Assembly: GCA_023459495.1 (NCBI GenBank)
Contig: JAEWTL010000118.1
Location: 45,949 to 109,948 of the forward strand
DNA from: Bacillota bacterium
GTDB taxonomy: Bacteria > Bacillota > Clostridia > Christensenellales > SZUA-584
Direction of reading: 5' to 3'
DNA: 64,000 bases
In this document: positions 45,357-52,240 of the stretch, one piece after another
How the letters are laid out: each line of letters starts with the position of its first letter
Numbering within the stretch: the stretch's first letter is position 1
Made by a program: the position numbers and the translations under genes
Notes under the pieces: generated by a model
Told to the model about the DNA's origin: nothing
Seen by the model: only the letters and a program-made list of their open reading frames with translations
The model's database searches: none

Positions 45357-45871
45357 TTCGCGCCCTCCTGCAGCTGCTCCTTGTCGACCTCGTACCAGAA
45401 GACGTCCTTGATCTCTAGCTTAGCGCCGACAGCTGAAACCTGTGTTTCCGAGTACTTGCCGAGCTTCTTTTTATCAATTTTGTCAGGCTGCGGCACCAGA
45501 CAATCTTTCATGCCCAGCTTTTTTAGCTTCTGAACAATATCCTCGATCTCAGTCTTTCCTTTGGGCAAGATGACCTTGGTCGACTTCCGGAACCCGAGCT
45601 TACCAAAAGTCATAGCCTTGGTCTTTGCCTTGCCAAGATCGTCGGTGTGAGCATTTGCAAACAGCTGCAGCTGTTTTTTCATAGACTCAATGCGCTTTAG
45701 CCATGGCTCTGCCGCTATCTCGGCAGCGGCCTTGGCGGCGGCGATCTCTTCTTGCATCTTCGCTTCGATCCCGGCGATGACACGTTCATACTCACCGATA
45801 TCCGCCAGCGTAAGGTTGGCGTCATCCCAAGTCTTTAATATGCTGACCTCTTCCATCCGTACTCTTGCCAT
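45353..45871 (-). CDS. gam: Gam-like host-nuclease inhibitor
   Basis: Coiled-coil N-terminus (IAGIEAKMQEEIAAAKAAAE...) and a C-terminal beta region, as in the Mu Gam family. Also fits synteny with gemA/mor. Confidence 0.75.
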   Translation of the reverse strand: MARVRMEEVSILKTWDDANLTLADIGEYERVIAGIEAKMQEEIAAAKAAAEIAAEPWLKRIESMKKQLQLFANAHTDDLGKAKTKAMTFGKLGFRKSTKVILPKGKTEIEDIVQKLKKLGMKDCLVPQPDKIDKKKLGKYSETQVSAVGAKLEIKDVFWYEVDKEQLQEGAK

Positions 45872-45883
45872 AGTTAGACCTCC

Positions 45884-46135
45884 TTAAAGAAGATTGTTTT
45901 GCTTTTTACCTGATCCCGCAATTGCATCGTTATAGCTTTGATATTGTGGCTCACGATGACCGTTCAGCAAATCGCACTGATACCCGACCGCCATCTTTTT
46001 ATAAGGGCACTTATAACCGGTCAACAAGCAGTTAATTTCGTTCCATTCTGGAGACCCTACCTTCGGAAAGTTTGGGCATTCACCACATTGCTTCGGTCTC
46101 AGACAACTATTACAATCACATTCACTAGCACACAC
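45884..46135 (-). CDS. Cys-rich small protein
   Basis: Start trimmed to GTG 46135 (AGGAGG 10 nt upstream). It has 12 Cys, including CDCNSC and CGEC. Confidence 0.4.
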   Translation of the reverse strand: MCASECDCNSCLRPKQCGECPNFPKVGSPEWNEINCLLTGYKCPYKKMAVGYQCDLLNGHREPQYQSYNDAIAGSGKKQNNLL

Positions 46136-46140
46136 TATTC

Positions 46141-46656
46141 TTACGCCTCCTCTGTATATGGATCCGGCAGAGACCAATCCCAGTATGACCGGCTCCCGTA
46201 ATCCTGTCTAAACCAGTTCCGTCCATTCCGGCCCGCAAAGTAGAGATAGTCATCAGGCAGCACGCGTCCCACATCGTCACTTCCCAGCTGCTCCCTGACC
46301 CACCTGTCAACTATATCCGCTGCCAGCTCGCGCAGCTCCTCGGTTACCGGAGCGGACGCACGATACGCGAACTGATGCTTTGCTGTTACAACTTCGGTGA
46401 TCGTGCTGCCCCACATGCCCGCGTCGACGCGGTTGAGCGCGCACCAGACCACCGCTGCCTGTTCCATGCGGCTATCCACTCCGCGGGCCTCGGCCCATAC
46501 CAGCTGCGCAAGTATGTCGATCTCATCGTCTGATACCTTGATAATCATTGGCTCCTTCTCGGGCTCTGAGATACCCAGAGCCGCCGCGTGGGCGATGCTC
46601 GGCATGGTGATGAGCAGCGCCGCCGCGATGAGAATGCAGGTGATAAGCTTTTTCAT
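46141..46656 (-). CDS. Secreted SleB/CwlJ-family cell wall hydrolase
   Basis: Signal peptide MKKLITCILIAAALLITMPSIAHA. Hydrolase_2 motif LAQLVWAEARGV...VVWCALNRV. Confidence 0.75.
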   Translation of the reverse strand: MKKLITCILIAAALLITMPSIAHAAALGISEPEKEPMIIKVSDDEIDILAQLVWAEARGVDSRMEQAAVVWCALNRVDAGMWGSTITEVVTAKHQFAYRASAPVTEELRELAADIVDRWVREQLGSDDVGRVLPDDYLYFAGRNGRNWFRQDYGSRSYWDWSLPDPYTEEA

Positions 46657-47081
46657 TGCGATACCTCGCTATCGGCTTCGACTGCCATTGGCCGTGTCGT
46701 CGCGCCTTTAACGGAAGGCTGATCCTCCGACCTGATTTCATAAAACGCAAACGGATATTTATCCGAGTGCTTTGTTCCGGGTTGTGCGCGGCCTGTCAGT
46801 ATGTCTGAGCAGTCCCATGCGCTGCAATCATGGAAACTTAGTCCTTTTGGATAGGCAAGTCCTGCACCGCAGTCGCAGCGAGCATAGGCTGCATAACGAA
46901 GTTCATCATCGGTGTAAATTTCTTTTGGTTCTTTAAATTCAATTTTTGGACGAACTTCCACGCGCCCTTGTGTAAAAGCATCAAAAAGTGCATTTTTCAA
47001 AGCGTGTTCGCAGTTTATTTTTTCTTCCAGTGTTTCGCATCGTTCCAACTGTTGTTTGAGTTCCTCGATTGTTTTATCCAT
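46653..47081 (-). CDS. Hypothetical phage protein
   Basis: 142-aa ORF, coupled to the downstream gene by a 4-nt overlap. Confidence 0.5.
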   Translation of the reverse strand: MDKTIEELKQQLERCETLEEKINCEHALKNALFDAFTQGRVEVRPKIEFKEPKEIYTDDELRYAAYARCDCGAGLAYPKGLSFHDCSAWDCSDILTGRAQPGTKHSDKYPFAFYEIRSEDQPSVKGATTRPMAVEADSEVSQ

Positions 47082-47106
47082 TGCCGTTTCTGACCTCCAT
47101 CATTTG

Positions 47107-47115
47107 TGATATAAT
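47107..47115 (+). promoter_or_regulatory. Extended -10 promoter predicting a leaderless mRNA
   Basis: TGaTATAAT at 47107-47115. The A of ATG 47122 is exactly 7 nt after the -10 hexamer, and no SD sequence lies in between. Confidence 0.45.
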
Positions 47116-47121
47116 GCCCCC

Positions 47122-47340
47122 ATGAGAGTTGACTCTATTGAAAAATGGTCCGAAGTATCCGTTAAGCTTGAAGCTCGCGGATACATGCTCTGGCAAACGC
47201 AGTTCGGTATTGAGAGCCCCAACGGATTTATTGCCCGGTTCATGGTTCCTGATGACGCCCTCAAGCGCGTTGAGCTTGTCACGTTTGACGCGCAGGTCGC
47301 TGATGCTATGGTGCGGTATAAGCCGCCGCAGCGCTCATGA
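47122..47340 (+). CDS. Hypothetical protein, plus-strand cassette gene 1
   Basis: 72 aa with plausible codon usage. The antisense 139-aa ORF looks non-coding. Confidence 0.5.
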   Translation: MRVDSIEKWSEVSVKLEARGYMLWQTQFGIESPNGFIARFMVPDDALKRVELVTFDAQVADAMVRYKPPQRS

Positions 47341-47564
47341 CTGACTCCATCAAGGTTGGCTGCGCGCCCCGCCGCATCGTCCTCGACTGGCCCGCTGCTT
47401 ACGTCGAGGATCCGGACGGTATCTGGTACCCTGTGGTAACCAGTATGCCTGACCGTTGCCGTGACTGTGAGCATGGTGACCATTGCGGGCAGTTCGTCGA
47501 TCAGTACGTTACCGAGCACCGCATGACCGCGTTCGTCGACATCATTTATCCGCTTGGGTTGTAG
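47337..47564 (+). CDS. Hypothetical Cys/His-containing protein, plus-strand cassette gene 2
   Basis: ATGA overlap with gene 1. High third-position GC. CRDCEHGDHC motif. Confidence 0.5.
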   Translation: MTDSIKVGCAPRRIVLDWPAAYVEDPDGIWYPVVTSMPDRCRDCEHGDHCGQFVDQYVTEHRMTAFVDIIYPLGL

Positions 47565-47814
47565 GGTAGCGTCTCAGCTCCTCCAACTGCCGTTGCCTCT
47601 CAGGAATAAAGTCGCTCAGGTCTGCCTCCTGTAGCGCCCAATTTAACCCACCGCGCCCTGAGCAGTGCGGATCTATGCGCACCGACTTATAGTGTCCAAC
47701 CGCCCATTGCTCTGATATGACTTCATGCTTGTTACGGCAATCAATCGCTGCCTTATATGTGCCGTGCATGAGGTCGCATACTGGGCAGCGGTACCATGTC
47801 TCAACGTGCGCCAT
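47542..47814 (-). CDS. Small zinc-finger protein
   Basis: CPVCDLMHGTYKAAIDCRNKH. Confidence 0.5.
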   Translation of the reverse strand: MAHVETWYRCPVCDLMHGTYKAAIDCRNKHEVISEQWAVGHYKSVRIDPHCSGRGGLNWALQEADLSDFIPERQRQLEELRRYPTTQADK

Positions 47815-47826
47815 TTTTGATCTCCC

Positions 47827-48444
47827 TCACTTCTCATCCGCGAACGGATCCAGCGCCAGATGATCCAGATTGCCCACGGGCCGCTCAAACGCTGAGCGCT
47901 GGCGGCTGTCAGCTTTTGTAGATGGATTCCCATCCTTGTAGCGCCGCCACTTCGCGCCACCGTTCGCATACTCTGAGCAGATCAATACCGTGCTCCCTGC
48001 TACTTTCTGGCCAAAAAACTCTGCGAGAGACCGGGCAGGGACAGCATACGGTCCGTTATTTGCAGTCATACGGACGACCTTGGCATGCCGGTCTAGCAGC
48101 ATCCTGAGTTCATCCCACGAATACTCACCGCGGCGGCGGGCCACATCAATGGCCGCGCGCATCTCCTTGGTGAGCTTCCGGTGCTTAATCAGACCGAGGG
48201 TGTTATAAAAGTCAAACACCTCCTGATACGGATTTCCTTCTGGCATTTCGGCTATCTCGGCACGCTGCAGATATTGCCCCGCTTTTTTCTTCCATACGGC
48301 GGCTTCTATCTGCGCCTTTTTGATTTCCAGTTCTAACTTCTCGATTTTATCCGCCAACACGGATACCGCATTGGCGTGACAGCGCACATGCACATGGGCC
48401 TCATCAGGATCAACTACAAAGTCACATATTGCGCACCGCTCCAT
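47827..48444 (-). CDS. Phage protein with conserved phage C-terminal domain (Phg_2220_C-like)
   Basis: Start trimmed to ATG 48444 (GGAGGG RBS). ...FDFYNTLGLIKHRKLT...RSLAEFFGQK... resembles that family. Confidence 0.5.
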   Translation of the reverse strand: MERCAICDFVVDPDEAHVHVRCHANAVSVLADKIEKLELEIKKAQIEAAVWKKKAGQYLQRAEIAEMPEGNPYQEVFDFYNTLGLIKHRKLTKEMRAAIDVARRRGEYSWDELRMLLDRHAKVVRMTANNGPYAVPARSLAEFFGQKVAGSTVLICSEYANGGAKWRRYKDGNPSTKADSRQRSAFERPVGNLDHLALDPFADEK

Positions 48445-48445
48445 A

Positions 48446-48871
48446 TCAGTTCTCCCTCCGGCAGATCCATCCGCCAACCTGATCATCCGCTGTCACTGCA
48501 AAACGCGCGGGCAAATGTATCCCGTGATCCTTAAATGCTGCCGCCAGCTCATGGCTGCAGATCTGCGCAGCATGCTTTCGCCGGGTGATCTGGAACCCGG
48601 ACGCGCTCGGTATCATCACCAGAATGGTGCCCTGACTGTTGACCCGGATATCCATCCGGTCAGCAGTCAGACCACTTAGCATGCTCTGCGCCAACCGGAT
48701 CCTACAGGATGTCTGGTACGGCTGAATCAGCATTGTATCCGGTGCCAGCGAGACCGGAGGATGCAGCTTCTCAAAGTACTGAAGATTCACGCCGCTCTTT
48801 ACCTGCGTCGCCTCGATCTCCTTCTGCCTCGCGATCTCTCTTTCGTCCTGCGTCTCTCCCCAGATCTTCAT
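48446..48871 (-). CDS. Hypothetical phage protein
   Basis: Start trimmed to ATG 48871 (GGAGGT RBS). Confidence 0.5.
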   Translation of the reverse strand: MKIWGETQDEREIARQKEIEATQVKSGVNLQYFEKLHPPVSLAPDTMLIQPYQTSCRIRLAQSMLSGLTADRMDIRVNSQGTILVMIPSASGFQITRRKHAAQICSHELAAAFKDHGIHLPARFAVTADDQVGGWICRREN

Positions 48872-48881
48872 ATGACCTCCA

Positions 48882-49595
48882 TCATCCCGCGCGTACCCCA
48901 AGCCGTTGCTCGATGATCCGCACGTTTTCCTCCATAATCTCGCCGCCTACCGCGCTATAGCCTTCCAGCTTTGCAGCCACCAGCGTGCTCCCGCTGCCCG
49001 CGAACGGGTCAAGTAGGGTTTCACCCGACTCCACGATCCTGATCAGCGCCCGCATCAGCTCCACGGGTTTCGGTGTCTGATGCATTCTTTCCTTGCCGGT
49101 CGGCATGGGACACCGGTATATTCCGGGTAGCACCGGCACGTCGCGGGTGATCGGCATAGGCCCATTGGATCCCCATGCCACATACTCGCACTGTGCCCGG
49201 AAGCGCCCATTCTGTGGCCTCGCATTAGCCTTATCCCACGGCACCATGCCACGCCATGTCCACCCGGCCCACTGCATCGCATCCGTTAGAGACGGCAGCT
49301 GCCTCCAGTCGCTGAACACTACGATCGGAGCTCCTGCTTTACACGCCTGCCGGGCGTCGTACATCCATTCAGCCATCCAGCGTGTCCAGCTTCGCTGGTC
49401 CTTGGCGTCGCCCTCGAAGTCGGCATACGGGCAAGCGCCTTTTGTGCTGGTATACTTTTTGCTGGTCGCCTGCTGTTTTGCCCCGATCGTCTGCCCTCCG
49501 CTTGAATACGGAGGATCTGTTACTACTCCGCCGAAGGTCCCTTTCCCAAACTGCCTTATGACCTGCAGACAGTCACCTTGTATAATCCGTATCAT
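48882..49595 (-). CDS. Orphan DNA methyltransferase (N6-adenine or N4-cytosine, DPPY type)
   Basis: IIQGDCL...VVTDPPYSSG (motif IV) then ...LLDPFAGSGST (motif I), which is the beta-class order. No adjacent endonuclease gene. Confidence 0.85.
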   Translation of the reverse strand: MIRIIQGDCLQVIRQFGKGTFGGVVTDPPYSSGGQTIGAKQQATSKKYTSTKGACPYADFEGDAKDQRSWTRWMAEWMYDARQACKAGAPIVVFSDWRQLPSLTDAMQWAGWTWRGMVPWDKANARPQNGRFRAQCEYVAWGSNGPMPITRDVPVLPGIYRCPMPTGKERMHQTPKPVELMRALIRIVESGETLLDPFAGSGSTLVAAKLEGYSAVGGEIMEENVRIIEQRLGVRAG

Positions 49596-49610
49596 GTTTG
49601 CCCCCTTTAT

Positions 49611-49624
49611 CGAACATATGTTCT
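49611..49624. promoter_or_regulatory. Cheo-box-like LexA operator upstream of the methyltransferase gene
   Basis: CGAACATATGTTCT fits CGAAC-N4-GTTC. TTGACA (49653-49648, minus strand) lies upstream, with a weak -10 (GAACAT) 17 nt after it that abuts the box. Confidence 0.45.
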
Positions 49625-49649
49625 ATGTTCTCTCGGAGGCAAGGCTTTG

Positions 49650-50039
49650 TCAATGCTTTTCGCGCATGCGGGGGATGGTCAGATCATCCCGGACGCGGGG
49701 CGTATAGTGGCGGTTCTGGTGGTATTCATCTACCTTGCGGACTTGCCCCAGCAGCGCGCTTAGTTCATTCAGCAACTTTGGATGCGACCTCATGAACGCG
49801 TCGATCGGCCCCGTGCACTCCTCGATATCCTTGTGATAGCGGCGAGAGATGAGTGTTTTCTGCAGCTCGCGGCTGACTCGGGTCCGCGACTTCGCGTCCT
49901 TTGCTGAAAGCTCAAGCTCATGCTGTAGGTCAGAAATCTCTTTTTCCCGGTCACTGACAACTCCGCCGTGGAAGCCGTAATCACTGACCGACCGCTTCAA
50001 AAAGTTGATCGCATTCTCAAGTTCCTGCGCGTAGTTCAT
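49650..50039 (-). CDS. Hypothetical phage protein
   Basis: 129-aa helical ORF with a GGAGG RBS. Confidence 0.55.
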   Translation of the reverse strand: MNYAQELENAINFLKRSVSDYGFHGGVVSDREKEISDLQHELELSAKDAKSRTRVSRELQKTLISRRYHKDIEECTGPIDAFMRSHPKLLNELSALLGQVRKVDEYHQNRHYTPRVRDDLTIPRMREKH

Positions 50040-50119
50040 ATTGCCTCCAGTACCAGTTGGATGTATAATTTTATCAATCTATCCGCTAGGTATAGCATAC
50101 TGATTGTGCGAACTTTAGC

Positions 50120-50193
50120 GGGCCTTACGCTCCATGGCTATGCGGGAGTTTACCCCCCAAACTCCCGCTGCCATGGTCTCTCCCCACAGGCCC
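50120..50193 (-). ncRNA. Unclassified 74-nt extended stem-loop RNA element
   Basis: Nested stems GGGCC/GGCCC, CCAUGGC/GCCAUGG and GCGGGAGUUU/AAACUCCCGC. Asymmetric internal loops and a G6U apical loop. Intergenic, directly 3' of twister-like copy A. Confidence 0.4.
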
Positions 50194-50209
50194 TGCTATC
50201 GGGCTTCAT

Positions 50210-50290
50210 CCTCACTCTGCATTTTCACGGGCTGGTGACCGTCGGCTGTTAACCGGCTGCATTAAGGCAGGAGCGGTAGCGCTCCTTGGC
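50210..50290 (-). ncRNA. Twister-like self-cleaving ribozyme motif, copy A (with P3 insertion), plus 5' hairpin
   Basis: Minus strand: AGGAGCG-CUAC-CGCUCCU hairpin, then CCU-U|AA-UGCA-GCC-(GGUUAACAGCC)-G-ACGG-UCACCAGC-CCGU-G-AAAA-UGCA-GAGUGAGG. Predicted cleavage is between 50264 and 50263. Confidence 0.55.
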
Positions 50291-50301
50291 AGTTAATCAT
50301 T

Positions 50302-50826
50302 CTAAGCGGTGCCATCCTCGCTCGGCTTGGCCTCCGACGCAAAACCACTTAAAAACCAGTGCTTATCATCCTTGTTGATGTTATAAGGGATAGCCTCATC
50401 ATTCTTTTCATCGTAGCCGCCGTAATTTGTCCAGTTGTCACCATTCACAGACGTCTGATTCCACCCAATGGCTATGCAGTCTTCGTCCGCAAGTGCGCTT
50501 TCAATCACATTTGCTTGTTCTTTCAATGAAGTCTCACCCTCGAAAGCCCTGAAAGCATCAATAACCTGCTGAAAGTTTTCGCGCTTTATAAGGGCATAAT
50601 CATAGGTGGTTTGCAATGCGATCTGTTCGTACTCCGGCATCCTTTCAAATGCATCGTTCAGTTGATCGAATCCGGCCTGACCACTAAACATTGGAAAGGT
50701 TCCACCATAATATTTGTCGTATAGGAAGTTCCATATGGCGATTCCTCCACGCCACGAATTTTTAATCTCCGCAAGAAAGTATGCATCTCCTTTTTTGTCA
50801 AACCCAAACATCTCCGTATAGCTCAT
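50302..50826 (-). CDS. Hypothetical 174-aa protein bracketed by the two twister-like motifs
   Basis: GGAGGG RBS. Sequence MSYTEMFGFDKKGDAYFLAEIKNSWRGG.... I recognise no family. Confidence 0.65.
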   Translation of the reverse strand: MSYTEMFGFDKKGDAYFLAEIKNSWRGGIAIWNFLYDKYYGGTFPMFSGQAGFDQLNDAFERMPEYEQIALQTTYDYALIKRENFQQVIDAFRAFEGETSLKEQANVIESALADEDCIAIGWNQTSVNGDNWTNYGGYDEKNDEAIPYNINKDDKHWFLSGFASEAKPSEDGTA

Positions 50827-50849
50827 CCACGATTACCCTCCTTCAAATT

Positions 50850-50922
50850 CCTCACTCTGCATTACACGCGGGCTTGTGACCGCCGTCGGCTGCATTACGG
50901 GGTAGGAGCTGTCACGCTCCTA
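50850..50922 (-). ncRNA. Twister-like self-cleaving ribozyme motif, copy B, plus 5' hairpin
   Basis: Minus strand: GUAGGAGC-GUGACA-GCUCCUAC hairpin (includes the UAG stop), then CCCG-U|AA-UGCA-GCC-GAC-G-GCGG-UCACAAGC-CCGC-GUGUAA-UGCA-GAGUGAGG. It aligns element by element with the O. sativa twister core UAA-CACU-GCC-AAU-G-CCGG-UCCCAAGC-CCGG-AUAAA-AGUG-GAGGG. Confidence 0.65.
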
Positions 50923-51132
50923 CGCGATGTCTTTTGGAGGATCCTTCAGGCTCACAAGAGGCTTGTCTACGATCTTCAGGCATTTTGTTGCAAACCCTCC
51001 GGACTTTCCCTCAAGCAGAACGCATTCCGTTCCGCATACGTCATATGGTTCCGACCGTGTTTTCCACACCTTGTTCGGATACATCCGCGCTTCCGCACAG
51101 TTGACCATCTTCACTTCCGTTCCGACCTTCAT
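50920..51132 (-). CDS. Hypothetical small phage protein
   Basis: 70 aa with a GAGGAGG RBS. Confidence 0.55.
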   Translation of the reverse strand: MKVGTEVKMVNCAEARMYPNKVWKTRSEPYDVCGTECVLLEGKSGGFATKCLKIVDKPLVSLKDPPKDIA

Positions 51133-51340
51133 TTGGCACCTCCTCTAAAATCTCGTCCATCGGCTCGCTTCCGGTCGTCTCCAGCAGTATTGCCGGAGGT
51201 GCGGCCAGCAGCTGATATCCCTTCGTAATGTGGTGCAGCCGCTTTCCGATGTCGACGACCACCACTCCGACCTGCTCTTCCGGGGCAAATCGCTGCAGAT
51301 ATTCAATCAGCTCTCCGCATGTCATAATCCTTTCCGCCAT
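51041..51340 (-). CDS. Hypothetical small phage protein
   Basis: 99-aa ORF. Its last ~30 codons overlap the next gene, so the 3' end is uncertain. Confidence 0.4.
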   Translation of the reverse strand: MAERIMTCGELIEYLQRFAPEEQVGVVVVDIGKRLHHITKGYQLLAAPPAILLETTGSEPMDEILEEVPNEGRNGSEDGQLCGSADVSEQGVENTVGTI

Positions 51341-51552
51341 CCTTTCTTCGCCGCCATCTTATCCAGATCACGCTGCGCCTCATCGGCGGTCTCCCTGCAA
51401 GGGCATCCCGGCAAGCTCCGTGCGCCAGTCCTGTCCCTCAAGTATTTCCGTGCCCGGTATGCCGAGTTGTCGCCTAGCCCTGCGCTGCTGGGCGCGATGT
51501 GGTACATATTGCCCTTAGCGTCGTGGTACGTAGCTCCTGCAAACCACTCCAT
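51322..51552 (-). CDS. Hypothetical small phage protein
   Basis: 76-aa ORF in the operon frame pattern. Confidence 0.45.
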   Translation of the reverse strand: MEWFAGATYHDAKGNMYHIAPSSAGLGDNSAYRARKYLRDRTGARSLPGCPCRETADEAQRDLDKMAAKKGWRKGL

Positions 51553-51562
51553 AGTGCTCCTC

Positions 51563-51757
51563 CTAATTTGATTTCTTACCGGCCCATGCCAGTATCACTG
51601 CAATGACCGGGATCAGCGGGATGATCGCCTCGCCGCCGGTGGCGTCAAACCCGCGCTCGATATCGGCCAGTCGGAAGAGGAACGGTGTCAGGCCCCAGCA
51701 GATCCCGGCCAGCACCGCCCATCTCCGGAAGCGGCGGCTCGCCCACAGCCGCCTCAT
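51563..51757 (-). CDS. Small two-TM membrane protein
   Basis: Start trimmed to ATG 51757 (ATGA overlap with the upstream stop). MRRLWASRRFRRWAVLAGICWGLTPFLF...IIPLIPVIAVILAWAG. Confidence 0.45.
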   Translation of the reverse strand: MRRLWASRRFRRWAVLAGICWGLTPFLFRLADIERGFDATGGEAIIPLIPVIAVILAWAGKKSN

Positions 51758-51960
51758 GGTGTAGGGGACAGCGATTCCTGTATGCGCTGCGCGAGCCTGT
51801 CCACCTTGTCGTAGACCGTACCCCGGCCCAGGCGGATATCCTTGCTCTCGACATGGAGCCTTTCCGCGATGGCATACATCACATAATTGGCACCTTCGGA
51901 ATATCCGTGCCACGTGGCTTCGGTAGCCATCCGCTTAAGATCCTGCTCAGGTTGTCCCAT
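51754..51960 (-). CDS. Hypothetical small phage protein
   Basis: 68-aa ORF coupled to both neighbours. Confidence 0.45.
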   Translation of the reverse strand: MGQPEQDLKRMATEATWHGYSEGANYVMYAIAERLHVESKDIRLGRGTVYDKVDRLAQRIQESLSPTP

Positions 51961-52240
51961 CTGCGAAAGCCTCCTCCCGGATAAATACGTGGACTGTCTG
52001 CAAACCGTGATGTATGCCGCAGGTGCCTAAAAAGCGATATCCCGTCAGGTCCGGCGCTTCATATTCGGAGCCGAGAATGATCACGGTGTATGGCTCGGTT
52101 GCCGCCCGGTCCGAGTCGATGAGGGCGAACAACACGATGCCTTCGTGCTGCTCCATTACGCTTAGTACCTTGGCATTCTCCGGCAGCTTCACGGTCTGGG
52201 CTGCGGTAATCTGCATTGCGTACTTTTTGACCGTCATCAT
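51947..52240 (-). CDS. Hypothetical phage protein
   Basis: 97-aa ORF overlapping the MuB-like stop by 4 nt. Confidence 0.5.
   Translation of the reverse strand: MMTVKKYAMQITAAQTVKLPENAKVLSVMEQHEGIVLFALIDSDRAATEPYTVIILGSEYEAPDLTGYRFLGTCGIHHGLQTVHVFIREEAFADGTT

Noticed and set aside
47100-47519. 139-aa minus-strand ORF spanning the gap in the early operon
   Set aside because: Its translation is Ser/Thr/Arg/Ala-rich and looks non-protein-like. The two plus-strand ORFs on the opposite strand have an ATGA junction, high third-position GC and a promoter placed exactly at the first ATG.
50120-50193. Assignment of the long stem-loop to the pistol, hatchet or twister-sister ribozyme classes
   Set aside because: I could not match conserved nucleotides of those classes from memory. 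It is reported only as an unclassified structured element.
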